DNA of 64,000 bases, from NCBI GenBank assembly GCA_031399265.1, contig JANNOR010000280.1, forward strand, positions 15,378 to 79,377, in the 5' to 3' direction. A program made the translations under genes and the position numbers. The notes beneath the pieces were generated by a model. The model did not search any database. It saw only the letters and a program-made list of their open reading frames with translations, and was not told where the DNA came from. The DNA comes from Cyanobacteria bacterium SOY_34_metabat_3. GTDB lineage: Bacteria; Cyanobacteriota; Cyanobacteriia; Cyanobacteriales; Microcoleaceae. Positions 38,375-48,336 of this stretch are shown piece by piece (position 1 is the stretch's first letter; every line of letters begins with the position of its first letter).

Positions 38375-41236
38375 TCAACCTACTATTTTGGCGCGCCGCT
38401 GGCGGAGGAAAATCCCCAAAAGCCCGATCGCCCCAACGATCAAAAGCAGCCATTCTTCCGGTTCGGGAACCCCAGAAACATTCAAAGGATTGTTCGGTTT
38501 AGTCAACTCCTCCTTACCGGATTCTACCTCTCTATCAAATCGATCCTTTTTAGCTTCCGCTGCCTTTAACTGCTCTCTTTGCGCGTCATTCACCAACACA
38601 ATCATCGAAGAATAAGGCGTCACCACCTTAAAGGTTTTAGCCAGCGAGTGCATCGCATCCAATTGAGTCAATTGATTAGCAGTTTTCTGCTTGCTAAGTG
38701 CGGTGATTAACTGCCGCGCAGCTACGGGTTTAAATCCTTCATTATCAGCATCTGTGATTCTCGAAACCGCTTTCACCTTGGGAGTTTTGGCATAACTCCA
38801 AACATAGCCATCAACAACGTTAACTGTAGATTTACCCGATGCTGCTGTCGTCGCTACTCGCTGAATCGCTTCTTTGATATCTGTTGCAACTCCGCCGCCG
38901 CTATCTTGAATTACCTTTAAAGTTGCGTCGTCATAACCGGGTGGTAAACCTCCCAAATTCACTATCCACAGCGGTGCAGATATGGAAAACTTAGTTTTGC
39001 GATCGTCCGATAATTCGTAACTATGTCGATCGCTCACCACAAATACAGTATCATAAGTGCGATCGTCGCGCAATTGTGCAAATTGTTGCAGCATATCCTT
39101 AAGTTGGATCGTACCGTAAAACGTTAACTTTCCAGTATCGAAACTGCGTAAATCTTGCACCAACTTAGGCGGGATTCCCGCAGCACTAGCCACATACAAA
39201 TCAACCGCATTTTTTCCAAAAGTATTGGATTTCAACCATTCAAAAGTCTCCTTTACCTGCTTATCTTCCGTAGCCATACTGCGGGAAGTATCGAGAACCA
39301 ATGCAAATTTTTTGTCCTGCGGTAGCGAGTAATTTGCATCAACCAGTGGCTTAGTAGAAATCGTATTTTCTCCAGGTAAATTCGCAATCTGTGGTATTGG
39401 CTGCTGTTGCGAAACTCCCTTTACAAATGTCGGCAGCCAAGTTTCTTTTGCCTGTTGCCCACTGTATTTTACCTCTTTTCCGGCGATCGTACGATGAGTA
39501 TTTTTGTCCCAAAAAATGTTACGTTTTTCAGCCAAAACAGGCATCGCCCAACCCTGCGGCTGTCGCATGACTTTATAAGTAAGCCACAGATTCATCTCCG
39601 TTGGGGCGTTAGTTGGTGTTCCCGAAAACTCTCGTTTAGCCGGAATTGGAAAAGCCCGCAAACGATATTGTTTCGGGCCAATTTGTTCTACCAAAGCCGG
39701 ATCTACATTTTCTCTCACTTGCTGGTTATAAACTTGCTGCGCGGCACCGCGAGGCGATACAGTAAATGCAAAACGCTTTTTCAAATCGCCCGTATCGCCC
39801 AGCCAAACTCCCGTAACTGCGGCACTTTCCGGCAGGGAAAAGTAGTAAAATACTTCTTGCAAGTTCGGCGTTTGATTTTTGTAAACTTCATAAAGTTGAA
39901 CATCAGCCCAATCACCATTTTCTGTGATTGTAACTTCTTGCGATTCCAGCCATACTTTTTCCTGATTGACATTCAGCAAGCCAGCTTTAGCTTCTTCGCG
40001 GTTAGATGTTGACTGTACCGCGTGCTTTACTGCTGCTGCGTCGCCTTTTTGAATTTCGGTATCGAAGAATTCGCCGTAAAGTTTTTCCGCTTTTTTAACA
40101 TCCGATCGAGAGCCTTGATACAAAAACGGCGACATTAAAAAATTGTAGCTGTTTTGTAAGTTTCGAGCCGCTGAATCTGGCAAATTGAAACTTTTGTACA
40201 TAGCATAGATGTGGTTGTTTTCTCCCACAGTGCTGAGGTAGCGGTAATCGGACAAATAAGCGTTCACTAAGCCCGATCGCACAATATCAGATTTGGCTAA
40301 CAAAGTTTGGCGCACAGTGTCATTTGCTGCGGGAGTCGCCAGCATTTTCAGTGCTTGGACTTGCGGTTGCTGCTGCAAAGCCGCGAAAATAGCCAGCCAA
40401 GCTGCTATCACTCCCAAGCTTCCCATTATTGCCTGATTTTTTCCGTATTGCGAAGCAAAACTGCACCATATTTTACGTCCAGATTGGATGTAGAGAAAGC
40501 CATAAAGCAAAGGCATTGCCACAAATAGGCTACAGCTTGCACCAAACAGAATCAAGGACAAGATGAGCCACATGGTTCCAGTAAATAAACCATATTTTAA
40601 GATATCTAAAATTGGTGGAACCCATGAAAAACTAAAGAAGACAGTAACTGTAACAACTGCCACTGGCAGAGCATAAAACATCAGCAATGTAGCCGCCCAA
40701 ACTCCAATCAGCAACATTAAACTGTGGCATCCTAACTGCAACCATGCTTTTTGCTTGTCTCCTATTAATTGTGTTCGATGATGATTTGTACTGTTGGCAG
40801 ATTGAGAGTCTAAAATATTTTGAGAATTTTCTCTTTTTCCGAGATATCCGTACAACATTTCTACTAAAAATGCTGCCATGCACAAGGCTAATGTACCGAT
40901 AGCTTGAGAGCTAGCTGGAGTTAGTTCTCGCAGCACAAACAGCCGGAGTAAACACAACAAAAACAGCGGCGCTTCTACGCCGTAAAACAAGGGCATTAGC
41001 TTTATAGGCTGATTTCTAAAATGCTTCGCCCCTATGAGTGTACACGCTGTCGGGACTACGATTAAAGCTGTCAGTGTCAACGAAAACTCAAGCGGAATGA
41101 TACCGTCAATTGTCGCCATAATTAATGGCCCTACTAATAACGGCAATATTCCTAGATAAACAATTGATAAAAATGTCAAATTCCACAGCCAAAAAATGGC
41201 TTGAAAAGTTCCATCAAATACTGGTTTGGTTTTCAT
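38375..41236 (-). CDS. PEP-CTERM integral membrane protein with VIT-like domain (TIGR02921-like)
   Basis: Multiple N-terminal TM helices, EVFYYFSLPESAAVTG, C-terminal VPEPEEWLLL+TM+RQRR. Confidence 0.85.
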   Translation of the reverse strand: MKTKPVFDGTFQAIFWLWNLTFLSIVYLGILPLLVGPLIMATIDGIIPLEFSLTLTALIVVPTACTLIGAKHFRNQPIKLMPLFYGVEAPLFLLCLLRLFVLRELTPASSQAIGTLALCMAAFLVEMLYGYLGKRENSQNILDSQSANSTNHHRTQLIGDKQKAWLQLGCHSLMLLIGVWAATLLMFYALPVAVVTVTVFFSFSWVPPILDILKYGLFTGTMWLILSLILFGASCSLFVAMPLLYGFLYIQSGRKIWCSFASQYGKNQAIMGSLGVIAAWLAIFAALQQQPQVQALKMLATPAANDTVRQTLLAKSDIVRSGLVNAYLSDYRYLSTVGENNHIYAMYKSFNLPDSAARNLQNSYNFLMSPFLYQGSRSDVKKAEKLYGEFFDTEIQKGDAAAVKHAVQSTSNREEAKAGLLNVNQEKVWLESQEVTITENGDWADVQLYEVYKNQTPNLQEVFYYFSLPESAAVTGVWLGDTGDLKKRFAFTVSPRGAAQQVYNQQVRENVDPALVEQIGPKQYRLRAFPIPAKREFSGTPTNAPTEMNLWLTYKVMRQPQGWAMPVLAEKRNIFWDKNTHRTIAGKEVKYSGQQAKETWLPTFVKGVSQQQPIPQIANLPGENTISTKPLVDANYSLPQDKKFALVLDTSRSMATEDKQVKETFEWLKSNTFGKNAVDLYVASAAGIPPKLVQDLRSFDTGKLTFYGTIQLKDMLQQFAQLRDDRTYDTVFVVSDRHSYELSDDRKTKFSISAPLWIVNLGGLPPGYDDATLKVIQDSGGGVATDIKEAIQRVATTAASGKSTVNVVDGYVWSYAKTPKVKAVSRITDADNEGFKPVAARQLITALSKQKTANQLTQLDAMHSLAKTFKVVTPYSSMIVLVNDAQREQLKAAEAKKDRFDREVESGKEELTKPNNPLNVSGVPEPEEWLLLIVGAIGLLGIFLRQRRAKIVG

Positions 41237-42794
41237 TTACTTCTCCTTTTAAGCTTTTTTTGACAGTATTGTGGACATTCGTAGCAAAGCTTTGCACTTC
41301 ATCATTTTTAGGATTTACGGAACTGTCGAAGAGAATGGAGACTAGCACCCAAGTATGATTTTTGTTGGTGATATCGCTGCTGATGCGCGATAAAAAGTTA
41401 TCGGTAGTTTGCTGCGGAGATTGCAGCCAGTATGCAGCAGACAGTTGATTGTCTTTGAGAGATAGCCAGCGGGCTTTGACATCAGATGTTAGCTGTTTTC
41501 TTTCTATGCGATCGACGGGGATGCCGCTGGCTACAAAACACAACTCCGGTGCGTGATAAGTTTGCCAAGATGTGCTGGCTACTGTGAGTATGGAACCGCG
41601 CAAGTTTCCTGAAACAAATCTCTTTTTTTCTGTTTTCGTGGCTGGGTAATTGCCAAAGAATCTTTGTTCGCTGGGATTTAGGGGAATTGATTCGGATCGG
41701 ATTTGTTCGGGAAATATCAGCGGGGCGATCGCTAATTTTTGAGTTTCTACATGATACATTTGAGAAATGACTGCTAAAACAGCCACCGCCACAATTAGTC
41801 CGGGTTTAGCCAAGGGCTGATTTTTCAATATTTCTGAATCCCGTTGCGAGTCAAAATTATTGTTTTTGGTTTCTGCAAACTTGGGTACTTTTTGTAGCAT
41901 CAACCAACTTAAAAAACTTGCGCAAACTAAACCGACAATTCCCAGGGGTACGTGCAGAATTTCTGCATACATTGGTTGTTTGAAAACTTGGGCAACCAGC
42001 ACTAATACGGTAACTCGCAAAGCGTTGGCAGATACTAACATTAAGAAGTTAGCAGCGCATACTCCCAGCCACCTTAAACTCAATTTTCGGCCTTCTAACC
42101 AGGTAGCAGCCAGTAAAAATAGTGTCCCCACTAAGAGGGTTTTAATGCCGCTGCAAGGCACGTCAACGTGAGCGATGCCATTTTCCAAGACGATGATGTC
42201 GTAGGAAGAAATAGCCCCAATCTTAAGCATTGAGAGTAACTGTTCTACGACTTGAGCCGTAATCACTCGCGCTGGTAAACCCAATCCGCTATTAAACTGA
42301 CTGTTGAAGGGTAGAATACAAGCCAGCAAGCCGGCAACTGGCAAGTTTTTTTGCCAAAAATTCGGATTCGCAAACAAGCCCCACAGCCCGTAAGTTCCGA
42401 GGATAAATAGCAGTACGGTAATTTGTTTGATATCAATTATGCACTGAAGGACGATCGAGCAAATGCCCGCGCCCAACATTAACAGCAGCGGATAGCGCCT
42501 CAAAACGAAATTTGGCGAAAATCCGGGTGGGCGATGGGAGTTAAGAGTCGATCGCACTACTAATGCTACAATCAGAAAACCAATTACTATCTTGTACAGT
42601 GTCGGTATCTCAACAAACGAGGATAACAGCCACTTAACTGCTGATATATTGGTCAAAAACCAAGTGAGCCACAGTAAAAAAGGAGCTAGCCAAACCAAAT
42701 TAACCGCCCTATGGGGAATAACAGAATCTGAAATTCCAGAATCAGGAACATTGGTGCGCTGCATGATACCGCTTGACATTGACGTTGGTGACAT
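41214..42794 (-). CDS. xrtO: Exosortase (exosortase O-like)
   Basis: VDVPCSG catalytic Cys, NALRV Arg, LHVPLG His; overlaps its PEP-CTERM partner. Confidence 0.8.
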   Translation of the reverse strand: MSPTSMSSGIMQRTNVPDSGISDSVIPHRAVNLVWLAPFLLWLTWFLTNISAVKWLLSSFVEIPTLYKIVIGFLIVALVVRSTLNSHRPPGFSPNFVLRRYPLLLMLGAGICSIVLQCIIDIKQITVLLFILGTYGLWGLFANPNFWQKNLPVAGLLACILPFNSQFNSGLGLPARVITAQVVEQLLSMLKIGAISSYDIIVLENGIAHVDVPCSGIKTLLVGTLFLLAATWLEGRKLSLRWLGVCAANFLMLVSANALRVTVLVLVAQVFKQPMYAEILHVPLGIVGLVCASFLSWLMLQKVPKFAETKNNNFDSQRDSEILKNQPLAKPGLIVAVAVLAVISQMYHVETQKLAIAPLIFPEQIRSESIPLNPSEQRFFGNYPATKTEKKRFVSGNLRGSILTVASTSWQTYHAPELCFVASGIPVDRIERKQLTSDVKARWLSLKDNQLSAAYWLQSPQQTTDNFLSRISSDITNKNHTWVLVSILFDSSVNPKNDEVQSFATNVHNTVKKSLKGEVNENQTSI

Positions 42795-42905
42795 CTTAGC
42801 TCAGCAAAATTGGTAATGCCTAGATCGGTAATTTAAGTTTTGTCAAGTTTCTATTTTTTATACAGAGAAGCTAGCGTTATAATAAAAATTTTATCGGAGG
42901 TAAAA

Positions 42906-43373
42906 ATGAGCGAAAAAAGTCCAGGATACAAAATTGTTAGCGATAACCGACAAGCGCGCCATCTCTATGAAATCATAGAGACATTTCAGGTGGGTATCGA
43001 ATTGAAGGGAACCGAAGTAAAATCAATTCGGGAAGGAAAAGCCAATTTGCGGGACGGATATGGCTTAGTTCGGAATGGCGAAATCTGGCTGATCAACGTT
43101 CATATTTCTCCCTGGAGAAGTGCTAGCAACTATTTCAATCACGAACCCCGCCGCACCCGCAAATTGCTGATGCACAAGCAAGAAATTCGCAAATTAATCG
43201 GCAAAGTAGAAGAAAAAGGCTTGACTTTAGTGCCGTTAAAAATGTATTTGAAAGGCGGCTGGGTAAAACTTGATATTGGTTTGGGGAAAGGTAAAAAACT
43301 GTACGACAAGCGCGAAGATTTGAAGAAACGGGAAGACAAGCGGGATATGGAACGCGCGATGAAGCAATTTTAG
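42906..43373 (+). CDS. smpB: SsrA-binding protein
   Basis: DNRQARHLYEI, GIELKGTEVKS, HEPRRTRKLLMH, KGKKLYDKRE. Confidence 0.97.
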   Translation: MSEKSPGYKIVSDNRQARHLYEIIETFQVGIELKGTEVKSIREGKANLRDGYGLVRNGEIWLINVHISPWRSASNYFNHEPRRTRKLLMHKQEIRKLIGKVEEKGLTLVPLKMYLKGGWVKLDIGLGKGKKLYDKREDLKKREDKRDMERAMKQF

Positions 43374-43526
43374 TCATCAGTCATCAGTCATATCCTAAAA
43401 AACAACTGAAACTATTGCTAATCCCAGGTTTTAATGGAACAGTCCCGGATGTCGAACCTATATATTTAGGATGCGGCGTGCATGGAGGCTTACCGCTATA
43501 ATTCGCGCGTCAAGCAATTTTTTGAC

Positions 43527-44936
43527 CAAAAAGATGGGATTCAAGCCCCGTCCTTTTAGGACGGCTTTTCTTCCTTAAGTTTATCAATCCAGTCCTCTAC
43601 AAGTTGGGTCATCGTTTTCTCTTTCTGTTTGGCAATTCTCCGTAACTTCTCTAGCCGACTCACGGCAATGCGAATACTTAATCTTTCTTTAGTCATTGGG
43701 CTACCCAATTGCTACTCTACTATGTGATCATAGTAAGCATGAAAGCAAGATACCAGTACCGTTTCTATCCAACAAGCCAGCAGCAACAGAGCTTAGCTCA
43801 GTTGTTCGGTTGCGTTCGTGTTGTGTATAACGATGCCCTTGCAATCTGTAAACAATCAGAAAAGAAGCCTAAGTCGGCAGAACTTCAAAAGATTGTTATT
43901 ACTCAGGCAAAAAAAACTGAGGCAAGAGCTTGGCTTAGTGAAGTCTCAAACATACCTTTACAGCAATCTGTAGCGGACTTAGAAACGGCTTTTAAGAACT
44001 TCTTTAACTCCTGCAAAGGAAAGCGGAAGGGTCGCAAAGTTGGGTATCCTAAATTCAAGAAAAGAACAAACAGTCAATCGGCACGATTTAGAATTGGAGG
44101 TTTTTCTCTTAAGAATGGCGGTGTTTATTTAGCCAAGATTGGTATTGTCAACCCAATATGGTCGAGAAGCCTCCCGTCCGAGCCTAGCTCTGTCACAGTA
44201 ATTAAAGATTGTGCAAACCGCTATTTTTTGAGTTTTGTTGTAGAAGTTCAACCAATTCAGATTGAGACAAAAAATCCGAGTATCGGAATCGATTTAGGGA
44301 TTAAAACCTTTGCAGTAATGAGTAATGGTGAGAAAGCTGAAAGCCCTAGCTACAAAAAGTTAGACCAGAAAGTTCGCAAGCTACAACGCAAATTAGCTCG
44401 CCAACCCAAAGATTCCAAGAGAAGGAATATAACTTGCATTAGAATCGCCAAGCTGCACAATCGAATTGCGGATACCCGTAAAGACTTCCTGCACAAATTG
44501 TCAACCAAAATAGTCAACGAAAACCAAGTGATTGTTTTGGAAGATTTGAATGTATCAGGGATGGTCAAGAATCGAAAACTTGCTAGGGCGATTAGTCAGC
44601 AAGGATGGAGAGAATTCAGGACTCTCTGTGAAGCTAAATCCGAAAAGTTTGGTAGAGAGTTCAAAGTAATTAGTCGATGGGAACCTACTAGCCAAGTGTG
44701 TGCGGATTGTGGGTTTAAGTGGGGTAAAATTGATTTATCTATTCGTTCAGTGCTTTGTTTAAATTGCGGTACTGAACAAGACAGAGACGAAAATGCTGCT
44801 AGGAATATAGAAAAAGTCGGGATGGGGAATCGCCACGACTCTAAACGGACGCAGAGGGATTGTCAGACTATTTCGGTAGCAGAACCCGATGAAGCGTCAA
44901 GAATCACCGCTCATAAGAGGACGGTGAGTATTTCAA
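43527..44936 (+). mobile_element. IS200/IS605 family element (tnpB, no tnpA) with a small divergent RHH gene
   Basis: TTGAC at 43522-43526, then left end CAAAAAGATGGGATTCAAGCCCCGTCCTTTTAGGACGG; right end hairpin TCACCGC..CGGTGA ending TTTCAA; no target-site duplication. Confidence 0.9.
43556..43696 (-). CDS. 46-aa ribbon-helix-helix (CopG-like) protein, below the ORF-track cutoff
   Basis: Manual translation MTKERLSIRIAVSRLEKLRRIAKQKEKTMTQLVEDWIDKLKEEKPS; alternating beta strand followed by two helices. Confidence 0.72.
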   Translation of the reverse strand: MTKERLSIRIAVSRLEKLRRIAKQKEKTMTQLVEDWIDKLKEEKPS

Positions 44937-44941
44937 CTTAG
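43739..44941 (+). CDS. tnpB: RNA-guided endonuclease TnpB
   Basis: YRFYPT HTH, GIDLG (RuvC-I D), LEDLNV (RuvC-II E), CADCG/CLNCG zinc finger, DRDENAARNI (RuvC-III D). Confidence 0.96.
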   Translation: MKARYQYRFYPTSQQQQSLAQLFGCVRVVYNDALAICKQSEKKPKSAELQKIVITQAKKTEARAWLSEVSNIPLQQSVADLETAFKNFFNSCKGKRKGRKVGYPKFKKRTNSQSARFRIGGFSLKNGGVYLAKIGIVNPIWSRSLPSEPSSVTVIKDCANRYFLSFVVEVQPIQIETKNPSIGIDLGIKTFAVMSNGEKAESPSYKKLDQKVRKLQRKLARQPKDSKRRNITCIRIAKLHNRIADTRKDFLHKLSTKIVNENQVIVLEDLNVSGMVKNRKLARAISQQGWREFRTLCEAKSEKFGREFKVISRWEPTSQVCADCGFKWGKIDLSIRSVLCLNCGTEQDRDENAARNIEKVGMGNRHDSKRTQRDCQTISVAEPDEASRITAHKRTVSIST

Positions 44942-44956
44942 TCGTGTTGAATTTCT
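44812..44956 (+). ncRNA. TnpB omegaRNA overlapping the tnpB 3' end; predicted guide 44937-44956 (CTTAGTCGTGTTGAATTTCT)
   Basis: Established TnpB architecture; region conserved with the miniature copy; 5' boundary approximate. Confidence 0.75.
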
Positions 44957-45428
44957 GGGGATGTCGGTTGGTGACTGATTATTTTAGGTCGAGTCCGGTT
45001 AATTACCGATCGTCAAATTGTTAGATATCCCCGTAGAGGATTTTGAGGACGAATGCCGTCACTGCAAACTTAATTATAGTTATTTCACCAGACTCGATTT
45101 TATGTCCTAATACAGTCGCGTACTGTTGGCGATCGCCAGCCCTACACTAAGTATTATTACTTATTCGCTTTGAAGCAGCCCTACTTTTTTCCCCTTGCAG
45201 CTTCCTTTTTCCTAAAAACATCCGGATCGCTGGTGGAGTGCCATGAAGAATCAACCTATGCTCGAATACATCTAGGTAATCGCAGCATTACGCAAGCATT
45301 AGGCTGTGGAGCTGCAAACTCTTATGAGGAATGGGTTCAAGCCTTCCTTCATTTCGTAAAATTATGATGTCATTAGGGTGGCAATTAAATGTGGCAAACA
45401 AAATATCACTTAACTCTCAAGTTAAAAT

Positions 45429-46154
45429 ATGCCAAAAACGACACCATTAGCTAACATTTTTAATGTCATGAAAGAGCCAGGAAAAAAGTATCACCAGTCA
45501 AAATTGGCGGCATTCCTATTAATGCTAACAGTAGGCTTTGGCGGCTGGCAATTTGGGTTGCCGGAACTCGCATCATTTTTTAATAATAAAGGTATTGAAA
45601 ACTACAAAGCCAATCGATTAGCTGATACTCAACAAGCCTATGAGTTAGCGCTATCCTTAGATCCAAAAAGCCGACCGGCTCTTTATAATTTGGGATGGCT
45701 TTGCGAAGAAGTACAAGATTTAGAATGTGCCCGAGGAAAATATATGCAAGCTGCCAAACTCGGTATGCCTGCTGCTTACAGCAATTTGGCTCGATTATAC
45801 ATAGTTGAGAAGAAAAACTATCCTGCTGCCGTTCACTTGCTGTGGCAAGGTTTGAAATTAGCTGAGGACGAGCCAGTTAAATATTCTTTACTCAAAAACT
45901 TGGGATGGGCTCGGCTGAAACAGGAACGATATTCCGAAGCGTTGCAACATCTGGATGCAGCGATTAAGCTTGATAGTGAAACTCCAGCAACTTATTGCTT
46001 AAAAGCTCAAGTCCTAGAAGGGATGAAAAAGACGAAGGAAGCACTACCCCAGTGGAAAAATTGTCTAAAGTATGCGGATTCTCAAGAATTCGATGAGGAT
46101 ATATGGATAGGAATGGCACGTCAACGATTAAAAGAGGAAAAAACAAATAAATGA
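45429..46154 (+). CDS. Membrane-anchored tetratricopeptide repeat protein
   Basis: TM helix followed by TPRs (ALYNLGW, AAYSNLARLY, LLKNLGWARL). Confidence 0.85.
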   Translation: MPKTTPLANIFNVMKEPGKKYHQSKLAAFLLMLTVGFGGWQFGLPELASFFNNKGIENYKANRLADTQQAYELALSLDPKSRPALYNLGWLCEEVQDLECARGKYMQAAKLGMPAAYSNLARLYIVEKKNYPAAVHLLWQGLKLAEDEPVKYSLLKNLGWARLKQERYSEALQHLDAAIKLDSETPATYCLKAQVLEGMKKTKEALPQWKNCLKYADSQEFDEDIWIGMARQRLKEEKTNK

Positions 46155-46384
46155 AACGCACAGTTTTGCTTTCATCAACCATACTGGCAATTATAACGGT
46201 AATGGAGCTGAGTCCAGCCTCAAAAGCGGTGCCAACTCCTGTGACTGTTAGACCTACAGTTAATCAATCCGTCGAAACGCCGTTCAACTCGAATCAGTCA
46301 ACGTCGTGGCGGAGGTGCAGAGATAGAGATGGTGGAAATTATCCGTGCCCGAGGTTCGTCATGCCTTCGGAAAGCGAAGAATAA
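46151..46384 (+). CDS. Small secreted peptide with a two-Cys C-terminal motif
   Basis: Signal peptide, RRCRDRDGGNYPCPR; ATGA overlap with the TPR gene stop. Confidence 0.65.
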   Translation: MKRTVLLSSTILAIITVMELSPASKAVPTPVTVRPTVNQSVETPFNSNQSTSWRRCRDRDGGNYPCPRFVMPSESEE

Positions 46385-46747
46385 GAGTTATTTTCCAGAA
46401 ATTTTGTAGAGTGCGCCATCAGCGCTTCGATAAGAACAGGTTGTGTAGTATGTAGTAGTATTATGTAGGGTGCGCCAGCGCACCTTTATACTATTTTTAA
46501 ATTCCAGATTTTAGATTAAGAATTGGGAAGGGTATCAATTCCGGTGGCATCGGAATTATCAGGGCGATCGCCTCGTCTCGATCGCACTTATATCATCCAA
46601 ATATATTATTCTGATGCAGCCGGATTCGATCTAATTTGTCTTTACCTGCGGGCGATATCATCGGCAACGCCCAATTTTAGAGCCACCAAGTACCGATATT
46701 TACAGCATCCGCACCGGGCGGGGAGAAAACCCCGCCAGCACTTCAAT

Positions 46748-48187
46748 CTACTCGCCATCTGTCAAAGCTGGATTTTGTGGTTGCTGCGAGTTGGTGTAAA
46801 AACTAGCAATAATCGCCACCATCAACCACCAAAGCATATTAACTTCGGGCCGATACCAAACAGTATCGACGAAACCGTGGGCCATCATTCCGGCTAAAGT
46901 GGCGATCGCCGCCATCAACCAAAACCCTTGATTCGATTTAAGATTTGGGGATTCTTCCTGGGAGTTAGAGCTGTTAAATTGCGCTTCGCGCAATCTTTTG
47001 ATCTGCAACAAACCTTGATTGATGGTGACAGTCATCAGCCACAGGAAACACATTAAACCGATAAAACCAGTCTCCACCGCAATTTCCAGCAGCACGGAAT
47101 AAGCACTCAAAGCAGTGAATCTCGGCTTCATATAAAGCGGATAAACTTTATTAAACGCAGTGTTTCCCGGCCCGATTCCGAGAATTGGCCGATCGCGAAT
47201 CATTTCAATCACCGCAGTCCAAACATTAATCCGAAAATTGTTGCTGCTGTCACCGCGGCCGATAAACATACTCAAAATTCGATCGCGCAGCGGCTCCACC
47301 AAAGCCACTCCCAAAATTAACGCCCCGGCTAAACCTCCCAATCCTAACGGCAGCGCCCAAGTCCGCCAGAACTTAGGCATCAAAGGGCTGTACCAGTACC
47401 AAAGCAGCACTAAAAACACCACGAGCAGAGCCACAAAACCGATCCAAGCACCCCGGCTGTCGGTGTACCGCAAACACGCTAAATTTACCACCAACATCGT
47501 CAGCGCTAAAAGTTTTGTGCCCCATCCCTTCCACACAAAAAGCGCGGCAGCGCTCAATGCAATTGCCGGCAGCAAATAGGAACCTAGCAAGTTTGGATTG
47601 CCCAAAAAGCTGTAAACCCGCGTGAGATTGGCTTGAGTAGAAGTCGGATCGTTCCAAGTAGCTAATGGCGGCACTTTATCAATCCACTGCCGCACGCCGT
47701 AAAAACTGACAACTAGAGCAACATTAAGATATACGGCAATTAACCACGATCGCCAGCGGGAATCTCGCAAGATCCGCGCCATCAGCGCAAAAAACAGCAA
47801 ATACAGCGTTAGCTTGCTCCAACCTGTAAAAGCGGCGGCTTTCACCGGCGACATGGCGGTGGCGACGGTAGCAATGCCCCAATATGCCAGTACCAGTAGG
47901 TGGATGGGTGTAAGGGCGATCGCGCGATCGTCGGAAACAGTCAGCAGCACCCAAAATGCAGCGCCAGCCCCCATCAACACTCCCACTAACGCATTGTTCA
48001 CAAACGGCCCCAAACCGAACGTCAAGGCCAGCAAAACAAAACCCAGGGGTTCTGCCCACTGCATCAGCCAGCTACTCTGGCGCCAACTGCGCAATGAGCC
48101 GATCGCCAAATTCAATAAATAACTGCCATTTTGCCACTGAGAGAGCGGAAAATTTGCCAGAGTTAACTGTTGCCAAACTGAATTCAT
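46748..48187 (-). CDS. ictB: IctB family protein (O-antigen ligase-like)
   Basis: [39 protein letters not shown]; start ATG 48187. Confidence 0.93.
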   Translation of the reverse strand: MNSVWQQLTLANFPLSQWQNGSYLLNLAIGSLRSWRQSSWLMQWAEPLGFVLLALTFGLGPFVNNALVGVLMGAGAAFWVLLTVSDDRAIALTPIHLLVLAYWGIATVATAMSPVKAAAFTGWSKLTLYLLFFALMARILRDSRWRSWLIAVYLNVALVVSFYGVRQWIDKVPPLATWNDPTSTQANLTRVYSFLGNPNLLGSYLLPAIALSAAALFVWKGWGTKLLALTMLVVNLACLRYTDSRGAWIGFVALLVVFLVLLWYWYSPLMPKFWRTWALPLGLGGLAGALILGVALVEPLRDRILSMFIGRGDSSNNFRINVWTAVIEMIRDRPILGIGPGNTAFNKVYPLYMKPRFTALSAYSVLLEIAVETGFIGLMCFLWLMTVTINQGLLQIKRLREAQFNSSNSQEESPNLKSNQGFWLMAAIATLAGMMAHGFVDTVWYRPEVNMLWWLMVAIIASFYTNSQQPQNPALTDGE

Positions 48188-48336
48188 TTTTAGATTGATT
48201 ATTGGTAATTGGGCATCGGGAATTGGGAATTGGGAATTGGGAATTGGGAATTGGGAATTGGGCCGAAGAACCCAAGAGCATAGTTTCTTCTTCTTCCTTC
48301 TTCCTTCTTCCTTCTTCCTTCTTCCTTCTTCCTTCT

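Noticed and set aside
43440-43520. tRNA, tmRNA or SRP-like RNA next to smpB (GGTTCGACATCC on the minus strand; weak IR with 44986-44999)
   Set aside because: No cloverleaf, tmRNA ends or SRP motif could be assembled
44937-44956. Second in-window target for the full TnpB guide
   Set aside because: I found no TGAC-adjacent match by eye; a genome-wide search is needed
45170-45367. 65-aa ORF upstream of the TPR gene
   Set aside because: TTG start, no RBS or recognisable motif; may be a remnant but unsupported
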